The notes beneath the pieces are model-generated. The model was given only the letters and a program-made list of their open reading frames with translations, was not told the origin of the DNA and did not search any database. From the NCBI RefSeq assembly GCF_963921235.1, contig NC_086108.1, positions 28,522,001 through 28,586,000 of the forward strand: a DNA stretch of 64,000 nt, read 5' to 3'. The stretch is from Mobula hypostoma. Taxonomy: Eukaryota. The position numbers and the translations under genes are program-made. This document shows, in pieces, positions 38,262 to 51,400 of the stretch. Numbering within the stretch: the stretch's first letter is position 1; each line of letters starts with the position of its first letter.

Positions 38262-39842
38262 CAAGTTTCCCCCGCCATCCGAAGGTAGAGCGTTCCTATG
38301 AAACGGTTCGTAAGCTGAAATGTCGTAAAGCGAAGAAGCAATTACCATTTATTTATATGGGAAAAATTTGTGAGCGTTCACAGACCCAAAAATAACCTAC
38401 CAAATCATGCCAAATAACACATAAAACCTAAAATAACAGTAACATATAGTAAAAGCAGGAATGATATGATAAATACACAGCCTATATAAAGTAGAAATAC
38501 TTTTCCACAATCATTACTGAACTGTTCTTCATAGCGAAAATTTCACACAAGCACCGTTGCCAGAAAATCTCACACAAGCGCTGGTGGGAAAAACATGGCG
38601 CAAGTGCTCTCCAGTAACCTTTAAGCTATGAAGCTGCCAAATCATACCAAATAACACATAAAAATACACAGCCGATATGAAGTAGTAATAATGTATGTAC
38701 AGTGTAGTATCACTTACCGGAATCGGGAAGACAGCGCCGAGCACACTGATGATAGTGTGTTAGGCTGAGTCGGAGTTTGGGTGGTGCAGTGGCCCCCACC
38801 CTCCAGGCCGCTGACCGATACATTGCCGCAAAGCATGCAGGGGTCCAGCGGTAGCCGGGAGGCACACAGCACATCTTTAAGAAAAAAGCCGAAATAAACA
38901 TGCTAATTAATTAGGTGCTGCCCGGCATGTAATTGTTGGCCCAGATCAGTGCCGATTTCCGATTGCGTCACCTCTGATCTGGGCCGACAATTACATGTCG
39001 GCGGCACCTAATTAATTAGCATGTTTATTTCGGCTTTTTTCTTAAAGATGTGCTGTGTGCCTCCCGGCTACCATTGCATTCTCCGCGAATCGGTATTTGT
39101 CCGTGGCCTGGGGTTTGGGGTGGTGGGACATGGGGGTGTCATCTCGTCATCGTCTGTTTCCATTAGAGCAGGCAGCTCATCTTCCTCTATCTCTGCCCGC
39201 CTCGACGTCGAAGGTTGAGGTTTGTCGTCTGCTGTGGCTGATGTGGAAGGCTTGCTTGACTGTTGAGCCTCATGTATTTTTCTACCACACAGTTCTTTGT
39301 AAGGACTCAGACCATCCTACAAATATCCCCTAAACCGACATACCCTTTCAATATTAAAGTCGTACTTTATCATTACTCATTCGGTTTCAATTGTTATCCT
39401 TTTTTCTTCCAATTGCATCAGCTCTTTGACCGTCAGTTCTTGGTCATGGGATGCCAAAACCTCTTCAACATCATCTTCGTCAACTTCCACAAGCCAAACT
39501 CACTTTGTCCTTACTTCGTTCACCACGATCGAAACGCTTAATTATGTCTAGTTTTACACTAAGTGTAATACCCTTACGAGCTCTTTTAGGCTTTTCCAAT
39601 ACCATAGAACTCATCTTGCAAACGGCTGCTCACAGGCATGTGTTTAAGCAATGCCGGCGAGAATCCAGGGGAGAGCGGCTGCTTGGGGCGTGCACTGCCT
39701 TTTATCATGCGCTGATTTTTTCGCGCGCTTTTTTTTCGTAACAGTGAAAACACCTTCTGAAAGCAAAAACAGGGTACTGATGTAGGTCTTTCGTAACAGT
39801 GAGGTTTCGTATATCGAACGTTTGAAAAGCTGGGGACACCTG
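38262..39842 (-). mobile_element. Internally deleted Tigger/pogo DNA transposon
   Basis: TA-flanked imperfect TIRs caagtttcccccgc / gctggggacacctg. From ATG 39614 reads MSSMVLEKPKRARKGITLSVKLDIIKRFDRGERSKD (CENP-B/psq HTH start), joined out of frame to VEVDEDDVEEVLASHDQELT (Tigger C-terminus). Confidence 0.9.
38850..39072. repeat. Near-perfect ~100-bp-arm palindrome
   Basis: 38850-38949 is nearly the exact reverse complement of 38974-39072; 24-nt spacer. Confidence 0.95.
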
Positions 39843-41429
39843 TATTTACCTGCTAGTCTCAGCAAGACCAGTTTCTAGTCGAATGAAAGATACGCATTGA
39901 TGCAAGTTATGGACAATATTTTAACAATTACCTCTGAACGTGTTTTGTCCAATCAGTAAATATCAACTTTTACCTTATCTATTTTTGAAGTTCTTCTATA
40001 TTTTCAGCTTTGCAAAGAAGAATAACTTCGGATTACTGCAGATGGATAGCGGGTTGTTAGGCCCATGAATGAGGGCTGATGGTGCCCCCAGGTCAGTGAG
40101 TCCAAGGATCAAAGGTCTGTGCAGTCAAAGCCTGAAGGTTGAAGACCAAAGTCAGCAAGTCTGGAAGTCCAAGTCTGATGTTAGCATATCTAAGCCTGGG
40201 ACTGGAGTTTGAAGACCGTGTTGATGGCCTGTTGGAGCTTGCAGACCTGTTGGTGAGTGGGTGGGTAGGAAGGAGAAAAGGGGCTTGTTTTGCTGTTGTT
40301 TTTGTTTTGTTCCTGTTACTGTGTTGTTGTTATTGCTGGTGCTGTTCTGCTAAACATTCAGCATGCTGGAAAGTGTAGTGACACTTGTGGGCTGAAATGT
40401 ATTTGCGTAAAATAAATCTGATCTGGTATGTTATCAATTAAAAACATGGTCAAAGCTCACTTATAACTTATGACAGCTCACTTATAGGAGTAGTATCAAT
40501 TTTCAGACTATCTGTAAAAATCTGGGAAATCTCTTGGTATGTCATTATGTTTCATGGCTGAATTGCTTTTGTTTCTATTGTTTCTCTTCAGTAGATTGTC
40601 TTCAACTTGTGCTGAGGTAAAATTCTATAACAAATCCCTACAATTTGATTGTTCAATGAAATGCTTGATGGATGTTAGAATTGCACCAGATAAAGAATAT
40701 TCTATTAAGAGTCCCTGGACAGGTAAAGTAATAAATTTCACAATGTTTTAAAATGGAAGGACGGATGGCAGATTAATAAATTAGATGATAGATGGGTCAG
40801 AAGATAAAGTGGTGAATGCTTGACAGATAGCTCAGGCAATACTATCTGCTTAATTAAAATAAAAATATATATTTCTATAGGAAGTTTTTTTTACACCAGA
40901 CAGAGATGCAGTTTGTGATACTAATATGTACGACTCAGGAAATAACTTACCAATGAAAATCAAGCAAATTTAATACTCAGCAGACTTTGTTTCTGTGATA
41001 GCTTACACAACAAATGTTCTGTTTGTAACATACTGTACTCTTCAGACCAAGAGATGCTCAATTTCTTTCACAAAGAACCCTACAGCACAGACACAAATCA
41101 CTTTGCCCAAGATTCATCCACTTCCTTCCTCTAACCCCATCAACATAATTTGCTATTTCTCACTTTCTCTGTGTTTGTCTAACTTCCTATTATTTTACCC
41201 TATTCACCTCAGTGACCTTTTATGGTCACAATTTTCATATTCCAAACACTCTCTAGGGAACAAAATATTCTTCTGAATTCCTTTTTGGATTTATCATTTT
41301 GGATCTCTTCTCTATGAATCTTAATTTTAAGTTAATCCATGTTAGAAAAGTCTCTGTCCTGGTCTGTGGTAGATTAGCCAAATGAACAATGCATTCTAGA
41401 GGGAAAATGGTTGAATCATGATTGGTTAG

Positions 41430-41745
41430 AGGTTACCCCTCCCTCAACCATGGGACTCCTGAACAAAAGAAGATAACGACACACATCTATTGACATGTTC
41501 TCACAATCAATGATTTCACTTTAAGTACTCTTTACCTTGTTATTTTATGTTCTTGTTACTTATTGCTGGTTATTTATACCTGCATTTGCACAGCTTGTTG
41601 TCTTCTACGCTCTACTTGATCTTTCATTGATTCAGTTATAGTTACTATTCTATAGATTTGCTGACTATGATCGCAGGAAAAGTAATTTCAGGGTTGTACG
41701 TGGTGACATATATGTATTATGATAATAAAATTGACTTTGACTTTG
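41430..41745 (+). mobile_element. Rex1/Babar-related short 3' repeat
   Basis: Same family as 24369-24823 and 50630-50945; tail aataaaattgactttgactttg. Confidence 0.65.
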
Positions 41746-42266
41746 ATTAGCAAATAGAAGATGCGTCCAATTTTGCATCAACTATTCTAGGCTTATTGCA
41801 TTCACTGCTTCTCTGAGAGTACTATTTTTGAAAGTGATGACTCACATTGGAAAATGAGACGTCACTCATTCTTGGATACCTGTTGTGAATCGCTACCTTA
41901 GGTGATTCATCTTTCCATGCTCGTTCACTTTCCAGGTTAGTTAGGACACTGACTGCCATAAAGACCTGATAGCTATTCTGCTTGAGAATGATGAACAAAA
42001 ACTATTCATCCAAAATTATTTTCTGGTTTGTTTGTGTTGGTATTATACTACCAAATCCTCAGTGCCTCCCATATGGATCTTTGAAAGGAAAACCTGGTGG
42101 GCCTACTTCTGACATAAATGTCAGAAAATAAAAGGTCAGAGTGCATCTAATAAATGTAGAGAAGAACTGTTTGCCAGTTGATCACTTAACTTCTTTGAAT
42201 GAACATTGTATGAGCCTTAGTGATACATTTTTTCAAACAGTACAATCTCAACATTATAAGTATTTT

Positions 42267-44791
42267 AAACATAGAAACATAGAAAATAGGTGCAGGAGTA
42301 GGCTATTCGGCCCTTCGAGCCTGCACCGCCATTTATTATGATCATGACTGATCATCCAACTCAGAACCCCGCCCCAGCCTTCCCTCCATAACCCCTGATC
42401 CCCGTAGCCACAAGGGCCATATCTAACTCCCTCTTAAATATAGCCAATGAACTGGCCTCAACTGTTTCCTGTGGCAGAGAATTCCACAGATTCACCACTC
42501 TCTGTGTGAAGAAGTTTTTCCTAATCTCGGTCCTAAAAGGCTTCCCCTTTATCCTCAAACTGTGACCCCTTGTTCTGGACTTCCCCAACATCGGAAACAA
42601 TCTTCCTGTATCTAGCCTGTCCAATCCCTTTAGGATTTTATACGTTTCAATCAGATCCCCCCTCAATCTTCTAAATTCCAACGAGTACAAGCCCTGTTCA
42701 TCCAGTCTTTCTTCATATGAAAGTCCTGCCATCCCAGGAATCAATCTGGTGAACCTCCTTTGTACTCCCTCTATGGCAAGGATGTCTTTCCTCAGATTAG
42801 GGGACCAAAACTGCACACAATACTCCAGGTGTGGTCTCACCAAGGCCTTGTACAACTGCAGTAGTACCTCCCTGCTCCTGTACTCGAATCCTCTCGCTAT
42901 AAATGCCAGCATACCATTCGCCTTTTTCACCGCCTGCTGTACCTACATGCCCACTTTCAATGACTGGTGTATAATGACACCCAGGTCTCGTTGCCCCTCC
43001 CCTTTTCCTAATCGGCCACCCTTCAGATAATAATCTGTTTTCCTATTTTTGCCACCAAAGTGGATAACTTCACATTTATCCACATTAAATTGCATCTGCC
43101 ATGAATTTGCCCACTCACCCAACCTATCCAAGTCACTCTGCATCCTCTTAGCATCCTCCTCACAGCTAACACTGCCACCCAGCTTCGTGTCATCCGCAAA
43201 CTTGGAGATGCTGCATTTAATTCCCTCATCCAAGTCATTAATATATATTGTAAACAACTGGGGTCCCAGCACTGAGCCTTGCGGTACCCCACTAGTCACC
43301 GCCTGCCATTCTGAAAAGGTCCCGTTTATTCCCACTCTTTGCTTCCTGTCTGCTAACCAATTCTCCATCCACATCAATACCTTACCCCCAATACCGTGTG
43401 CTTTAAGTTTGCACACTAATCTCCTGTGTGGGACCTTGTCAAAAACCTTTTGAAAATCCAAATATACAACATCCACTGGTTCTCCCCTATCCACTCTACT
43501 AGTTACATTCTCAAAAAATTCTATGAGATTCGTCAGACATGATTTTCCTTTCACAAATCCATGCTGACTTTGTCCGATGATTTCACCGCTTTCCAAATGT
43601 GCTGTTATCACATCTTTGATAACTGACTCCAGCAGTTTCCCCACCACCGACGTTAGGCTAACCAGTCTATAATTCCCCGGTTTCTCTCTCCCTCCTTTTT
43701 TAAAAAGTGGGGTTACATTAGCCACCCTCCAATCCTCAGGAACTAGTCCAGAATCTAACGAGTTTTGAAAAATTATCACTAATGCATCCACTATTTCTTG
43801 GGCTACTTCCTTAAGCACTCTAGGATGCAGACCATCTGGCCCTGGGGATTTATCTGCCTTCAATCCCTTCAATTTACCTAACACCACTTCCCTACTAACA
43901 TGTATTTCGCTCAGTTCCTCCATCTCACTGGACCCTCTGTCCCCTACTATTTCTGGAAGATTATTTATGTCCTCCTTAGTGAAGACAGAACCAAAGTAAT
44001 TATTCAATTGGTCTGCCATGTCCTTGCTCCCCATAATCAATTCACCTGTTTCTGTCTGTAGGGGACCTACATTTGTCCTTACCAGTCTTTTCCTTTTTAC
44101 ATATCTATAAAAGCTTTTACAGTCAGTTTTTATGTTCCCTGCCAGTTTTCTCTCATAATCTTTTTTCCCCTTCCTAATTAAGCCCTTTGTCCTCCTCTGC
44201 TGAACTCTGAATTTCTCCCAGTCCTCAGGTGAGCCACTTTCTCTGGCTAATTTGTATGCTTCTTCTTTGGTATTGATACTATCCCTAATTTCTCTTGTCA
44301 GCCACGGGTGCACTACCTTCCTTGATTTATTCTTTTGCCAAAGTGGGATGAACAATTGTTGTAGTTCATCCATGCAACCTTTAAATGCTTGCCATTGCAT
44401 ATCCACCGTCAATCCTTTAAGTGTCATTTGCCAGTCTGTCTTAGCTAATTCACGTCTCATACCTTCAAAGTTACCCCTCTTTAAGTTCAGAACCTTTGTT
44501 TCTGAATTAACTATGTCACTCTCCATCTTAATGAAGAATTCCACCATATTATGGTCACTCTTACCCAAGGGGCCTCTCACGACAAGATTGCTAATTAACC
44601 CTTCCTCATTGCTCAAAACCCAGTCCAGAATAGCCTGCTCTCTAGTTGGTTCCTCGACATGTTGGTTCAAAAAACCATCCTTCATACATTCCAAGAAATC
44701 CTCTTCCTCAGCACCTTTATCAATTTGGCTCACTCAATCTACATGTAGATTGAAGTCACCCATTATAACTACTGTTCCTTTATTGCACACA
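42267..44791 (-). mobile_element. Young 5'-truncated CR1 LINE
   Basis: Nearly uninterrupted ORF2; CpGs retained; (ttctatgt)n-type 3' tail at 42267-42288. Confidence 0.95.
42361..44785 (-). pseudogene. CR1 ORF2 (partial APE + RT), in frame with two nonsense codons
   Basis: MGDFN, SDH, YLDFQKVFD, GVPQGSVLGP, FADD. TGA at 44736-44734 (probably from TGG) and TAG at 42945-42943 (probably from CAG). The 596-aa and 189-aa ORFs are in the same frame. Confidence 0.9.
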
Positions 44792-45099
44792 TTTTCTTGA
44801 ATGAGTTGCACAAAATTGTTTAACATTATAAATTAATGTGTTTTTCTCCTCTTTACGTGACATCTAAGTTAGAGGGACTCATTTTTAGTACAACTTTTTT
44901 TATACATTTCATAAATATAGATGCAGTGGAAGAAAATTAACTCAATATTTCTGTGCATTACTAGAGATAAAACACTGAACCAATTGGAGCCAAAGTAAGC
45001 TATAGCAGATTAGTTCTTGGAGCTGATGAATGCTATTTCAAATTGAATGCAACACCATTGAACACATTTCTGTTTGTATAGTTAAAAGGCAAAAAATTG

Positions 45100-45730
45100 C
45101 AGAGACTGCAAATCTGAAATAAAAGTAGAAAATGTTGAATAACTCAGGTCAGTCAGCATCTGTAGAGAGAGAAATAGAATATCTCACGTCACCCACAAGA
45201 TAGAAAAGTGAGAAAGTAAGCATGCTTTATGATGTAAGTATGAGAGAACAAAGGAAGCAATGCTTTTGATTACACCTAGTTAATGGATAAATTTAGGGAA
45301 AAGAAAAAAGAAAGCTGGGACACTGAGAGGCAGAAGGTGCTGGAAATCAGAAACAAAAAAAAAGATTGGAAATTCTTAGCTGAACAAATCGGATCTGTAG
45401 AGAGAGAAAAAATGAGATGATGTTACTGGTGGATTACCTTACATCAGACAGGCCAGTTTTAGATCCAAAACATTTTAGACACAGAACATCAATATTGTTC
45501 TCTCTCCATAGATACTGCCTGAACTGAAAAATATTTCCAACATTTTCAGATTTCCAGCATCTACCACTGCTTGACTTTCAATTTTCTTCGTCCTCTCCCA
45601 CCCCTTCTTCTCCCTGAGACTTATAAAATTCATGTTTCCAGTTCTGATGAGGGATCACTGACTTGAAGGAGTGACTATGTTCTCTTTTCACAAATCCTGC
45701 CTAACCTATGGAACACCTGCAAAAACTTTG
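45100..45730. mobile_element. Old, nested fold-back Penelope-derived repeats
   Basis: ggtgctggaaatc..tctgtagagagagaa (45335-45410) is inverted to ttctctctccataga..gatttccagcatc (45498-45562). An outer pair lies at ~45100-45175 / 45640-45730 with a degenerate ctgatga. Confidence 0.55.
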
Positions 45731-47041
45731 TTTTTTTTACTTTTGGATTGTTAAACTGCAAACTTTATAATTGACTCTCCTCCTATAACTTTCCTAGAAC
45801 TCTCCAATTCTGATCTCATGTACACCTGAATTCCTCCATCCCATCACACCTTCAACTGCTTTTGCATGGATCTACAAAACATTCTCCCCCCCCCGCTCAC
45901 CGAAAATCTAGTCTGCTTTAAAATATTCTCTGCATCCTAACTCTTTACTCATTTCTGATCATTCAGCTCAGTAATTCTTTTGGATCAGGTTTCATTTGAC
46001 CATACTATGTGAAGCACTTTAGAATACTTTATTAAGTTAAAGACTCTGGTAACACAGGTTGTTGTTTGATAAAACACAATCTTATAAAGAATGGGTAATC
46101 TTTGACAGAGTAAAACCAGCCAAACAAGTCTATTGCAACCTATGTAAGTGAGAACAGACATAATATTTCCTTTAAAAATGCCAACTTATTTCAAATGAAA
46201 AACTTTCACAGACTTAAATTTAGGAAGGTGTTAAAGAGCTAAGTTATAATGTAGTAAACTTAATTGACTGGTTTTACTGCTGCAGGTGATAAAAGAGAAC
46301 AGAAGCACACAATTCAATGATTGCTAAACATTCACTGCTGGACATCTGTTACATAATTTATTGTTTATTCAAAACTTTTACACTTATTTTTGAGTTGTTA
46401 TTACAGGATAGCATAATGTAGTTGAAGGTATAATAAAGTGATGGTGGATTTGCATCACATACTACCTTCGTAACATAATGCAGTATTCTACGCTTTTAGC
46501 AGCAAGTTACCACGAGAATGCACTTTGATACAAAATCATTGAATGGATGGAGGTAACTTTGTTGTGATTTAGTTTGGTCTATGGACTTAGTGATTGGAGT
46601 GTTTTTTTGTTGTGCTATATTTTAAAGAAAACAGACTTAAGAAAAGGCAGATGACCTTCATAAATATTGTCAGATAGTTACTGAAAGGATTAATGCATCT
46701 CATATTCTATCAAAGTCACAACTACAGTTGCACACAGTTATACTGTATATAGCTTCCAATGTAAGTTAGATCTCTCGATTTCATGGTCATGGACAAATTT
46801 CATCTACAATTCAAGTGCGTGCAAACTTCCTTCCCTGTCTCTGTGTGATGCTTCAAATTTAGTGTGAAAATTACTTGACTGTCCCTGGGTCACAGGCTAT
46901 GTTAAGAGGATCAGGCAGGAGAGTAAGCTAATCAAATCAGAGAAGCTCATTGAAGAAACTCCAGCCTGTTTTGTACCTCTTAACATTAACCTTGCCAATC
47001 AAAAAGCAAGCAGGAGCGTGCCTGTGCACATTAACTCCTAC

Positions 47042-47173
47042 CCTGTCCTTGAACCAGTACAAAAACCAAACGAATAAGGCCTTCATTCCCTGTGCCAAGA
47101 GAGCCCTGGAGATGTCTCCAATTCTATTAAAAGAGCTCTCAAGAAAGACATGCATATTCTTCAGTGCAAGGTC
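47042..47173 (-). CDS. Candidate 132-nt exon (DLALKNMHVF...WFLYWFKDR), speculative
   Basis: ctcttttcag acceptor, AGG|gtagga donor, phase 0-0 and open; unique DNA; no homology recognised. Confidence 0.25.
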
Positions 47174-48394
47174 CTGAAAAGAGCTGATGCCATACATATT
47201 TATTACCGCCACCAAAGGAAAACAAATTAAACAGAATAGCCATATATATTGGCCACTGACTATTACCCTTTCCAGCCTATGATGTTTGTGTGTCAAATTC
47301 TTTCATTCCCTTATTTAAGTATACAAGCATCTAGGGGCTTCAAGGTTACTCAGTTAATCACATAACCAAATACAGAGGTCCTAACCAGTTAACTATATAA
47401 ATCAGATAGCCATTTCAATGCTGATTCAGTACATATTCTATGCAGTTAAAACCACTTATCATCATATGCTATTAGCCATAATACATATTCTGAGAGAGCG
47501 TGTGTTATGACACCAAGTGGGATTCAGCAAGAACCTGTTAACAGCCATGTGGGAGTAAGTAACTTTAAATATAATCCAAAATGCTAGGATGATAAAGTAC
47601 ATTTTCCACTCAGCTGTATTAGTGGACTTAAAAGTAGCCCACAGTAAGCAAGCTCCTCAGGGACCAGCGAGGAAAACGAGAAAGCTAGCGTAACATATAA
47701 ATCCAACATAAACTTCAATAGCTCGCATATAAATAAAGACGTACAGTATGTTTACTTTGGTATGGTGTTGCATTGTGCTGAATTCTGACATAACACCTTA
47801 CTTTTGTTTAAAAAGCAAATAAATATTAATTTTAATGCTCCTCCTTCCTGCAGTACATTTGGCATTTTATCCTGGTTTACCTTTGCCCTAATCTTTTCCC
47901 AGTAAATGAATGTTTTGTAAATGAACTAAAATGATATTTTAGTGGCCACCAGCCAACACAGTGGCCAAGATATTAGATTACTTAAAATTTCAGGTGTTTA
48001 AAATTTTCCCCTTTTTTCCTACTCCATTTCCCTTAAGTACTCTCTAACTAAAAGATATTTAATGCCTCTATGAAAGCAACTCTAAATAACCAGTGGGTAG
48101 ACGATGCCCAGATCAGTAATTTCCTCTCCTTATCTGTTAGAAATCCTCTCCCTTCTACATGATGCCTCACCAAATAAATATATCATTTGATTCTGGTATA
48201 GTTACTTCCACTTTATTGAGTTCCAGTTAGGAACAAGAAGTTCTAATCCAAAGAGAAATTTAACATCCATTAATAATGATCTAATAAAAATGAGCAAATT
48301 CACCCTTGACCAATGATCACAAATGGAAACCTCATTTTTTTTTCCATAGCTGCTGCCTGGCCTGCTGAGTTCCTCCAGCATTTTGTGTGTTCCT

Positions 48395-48888
48395 TGAGGA
48401 AGGATAATACTGACTTTGGAAGCAGTGCCGAGGAGGTTCACCAGGTTGATTCCAGAGATGAGGGAGTCAGACTATGAGGAGAGATCAAGTTGCCTGGGAC
48501 TGTACTCACTGGAATTCAGAAGCATGAAAGGAGATCTTATAGAAATATATAACATTATGAAAGGGATAGATAAGATAGAGGCAGGAAAGTTGATTCCACT
48601 GGGAGTTGAGACTAGAACTAGGAGACATAGCCTCAAAATTCGGGAGAGTAAATTTAGTATGGAGATGAGGAGGAACTGCCTTTCCCAGAGAGTGGTGAAT
48701 CAGTGGAATTCTCTACCCAATGAAACAGTGGAGGCTTCCTCAGTAAATATATTTAAGACAAGGTTGGATCGGTTTTTGCATAGGCAGTTAGGTGGAGATG
48801 AGTCCACTGTCAGATCAGCCATGATCATTGAATGTGGAGCAGGTTCGAAGGGCCAGATCGCCTGCTCCTATTTCTTATATTCTTATGT
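48395..48888 (+). mobile_element. CR1 LINE 3' fragment
   Basis: RRFTRLIPEM..LGLYSLEFR..QRVVNQWNSLP; preceded by a short Penelope-derived tail at ~48345-48392. Confidence 0.85.
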
Positions 48889-48889
48889 T

Positions 48890-50260
48890 CAGAGGACCTG
48901 CCTGGGTCCAACGTGTATGTGCAATTATGAACATGTGCTCAGGGATGTGTGCTTTTCCCACTGCTCTATTCTCTTTACACCCATAACTCTCAGGTGCCAT
49001 CTATAAATTTGCTGACAACTATCGTTGGCAGAATTTCAAATGGTGACGAAAGGGCGTACAGGCGCGAGATACGTCAGCTGGTTGAATGGTGTCGTGCATT
49101 CACGTCAGTAAGACCAAAGAACTGATTGTGGACTTCAGAAGGGGTAAGATGAGGGAACACACACCAGTCCTCATAGAGGGATCAGAAGTGGAAAGAGTGA
49201 GCAATTTCTGTGTGTCAACATCTCTGAGGTTTCTATCCTGGGCCCAACATATCAATACAGTTACAAAGAAGGCACGACAGCTGCTATATTTCATTAGAAG
49301 TTTGAGGAGATTTGGGATGTCACCTGAAATACTCGCAAATTTCTACAGATGTACTGTGGAGAGCAGTCTAACTGGCTGCATCACCATCTGGTATAGCGGA
49401 GAGCTATGACACAGGATCAAAATAAGCTGCAGAGAGTTGAACAGTCAGCTCCACCACAGGGATTAGCCTCTGTAGTATCCAGGACATTCAAAAAGTGATG
49501 CCTCAAGAAGGCAGGATCCATTATTAAGGACTCCCATCACACAGGACATGCCTATTCTTATTGCTACCATTAGGAAGGAGGTACGGGAACCTGGAGGTAC
49601 GGAAACCTGAAGGCACACTGTCAATGATTCAGTAACAGCTTCTTCTCCTCTGCCATCCAATTATTCCTTGAAGCATAGAAGATTGTGAGGAATTTGATAG
49701 AGGCATACAAAATTATGAGGGGTATAGATCAAGTAATTGCAAGCAGGATTTTTCCACTGTGGTTGGGTGGGATTACAACCACAGGTCATGGGTAAGGGTG
49801 AAAGGTGAAATGTTTAAGGGGAACATGAGAGGAAACTTCCTCGCTCAGAGGGTCATGAGAGTGTGGAACGAGCTTCTAGCACAAGTGGTGCATGTGAGTT
49901 TGATTTCAACTTTTAAGAGAAGTTTGCATAGGCATATGGATGGTAGGGGTATCAAGGACTATGGTCTCAGTGCAGATCAATAGGAGTAAGCAGTTTAAAT
50001 AGTTTGGCACAGACTAGATGGGGCAAAGGGCCTGTTTCTGTGCTGTACTTTTCTATGACTATTTCTGAATAGGCATTGAACCCATGAACAGTACCTCACT
50101 ACTTTTTTTATTTTTGCACTAATCTAATTACCTATAAAATATATATACTAACTGTAATTCAGTTTTATTTCTCTATTATTATGTATTAGATTGAAATGCT
50201 GCTGCAAAGACACAAATTTCATGACGTATGCCGGTGATATTAAACCTGACTCTGATTCTG
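48890..50260 (+). mobile_element. Rex1/Babar LINE with nested CR1 3' end (~49663-50060)
   Basis: VSKTKELIVDFRRG..KARQLLYFIRSLRRFG..FYRCTVESSLTGCITIWY; ctgactctgattctga tail. Confidence 0.85.
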
Positions 50261-50261
50261 A

Positions 50262-50945
50262 AGAAAGCACAGCAGCGCCTTTACTTCCTTATAAGTTTGC
50301 GAAGATTCAACAGGATGTCTAAAACTCTGACAAATTTCTATAGATGTGAAGAGTATATTGACTAGCTGCATCACAGCTTGCTCTGGAAACATTGTTGCCT
50401 TTCAACATAAAATCTTAATAAAAGTAGGATAGGGCCCAGTCCATCATGAGAAAGCCCTCCTCACCACTGAGCACATCTATACTGAGTGTTGTCGCAGGAA
50501 AGCAGCATCCATCATCATGGACCCCCACCACCAGCTCATGCTTTTCTCTCACTACTGCCATCAAGAAGGTGGTACAGGAGACGCAGGGCTCACACTACCA
50601 GGTTTTGGAACAGTTATTACCCCTCAACCAACAGGCTCTTGAATCAGAGGGATAACTTCACTTGTAACATTACTGACCCACCGCCTAGGGATTCACTTTC
50701 AAGGACTCTTTATCTCATATTCTCGATGTTAGCTTGTTTGTTTTTTTATTTATTCATTTATTCATTCATTTTTTTTTATTTGCACAATTTGTTGTCTTTT
50801 GCACATCAGTTGTCCACCCTGTTGGTATGATCTTTCATTGTTTCTATTATGGTTACTGGATTTATTGAGTATGCTTACAAGAAAATGAATCTCAGGGTTG
50901 TTTATGGTGACATGAATGTAATTCGTTAACAAATTTACTTTCAAC
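50262..50945 (+). mobile_element. Rex1/Babar-related 3' fragment
   Basis: LLPSRRWYRRRRAHTTRFWNSYYPSTNRLLN. Confidence 0.75.
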
Positions 50946-51169
50946 TTTTGGATATGATCCTACAGACTGCAATTCCAATACTTCTCTATCTCCTCACTGC
51001 TACCTAAATCAAGTGCTGGTGGGCTCAGGTGCACAAACATCTGACCCAAGAAGAAAAAGTGCAGAGGAATGCTCTCACAAGACACAACTTTTCCTGCTGT
51101 ACTTTCACATTAGCTTCTTGCAAAGCATCATGGACGGATGGTATGGTAGTGATCAGTGTAACAACAGTA

Positions 51170-51400
51170 CAGTGCCAGCATGGGTTTCCTTCGGGTGCCT
51201 CAGTTTCCTCCCACATTCTAAAGTTATATGGTTAGAATGACTGAGTAGTGGACGTGTGATGTTGGCACCAGAAGTGTGGAGACACTTGCCAGTACAATCC
51301 TTGTTGAATTGATTTGACACAAATTGATGCATTTCACAATATATTTCAATGTTTTGATTCACATGTGACAAATAAAGCTAATCTTTATCTTTAAATCTTT
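51170..51400 (+). mobile_element. V-SINE-like fragment
   Basis: tgggtttccttcgggtgcctcagtttcctcccaca core; aataaagctaatctttatcttt tail. Confidence 0.6.

Noticed and set aside
40951..41079. Minus-strand exon-like segment with tag/gtaag signals
   Set aside because: Stops in all three frames.
42749..44800. Plus-strand ORFs of 93-182 aa
   Set aside because: Antisense shadows of CR1 ORF2.
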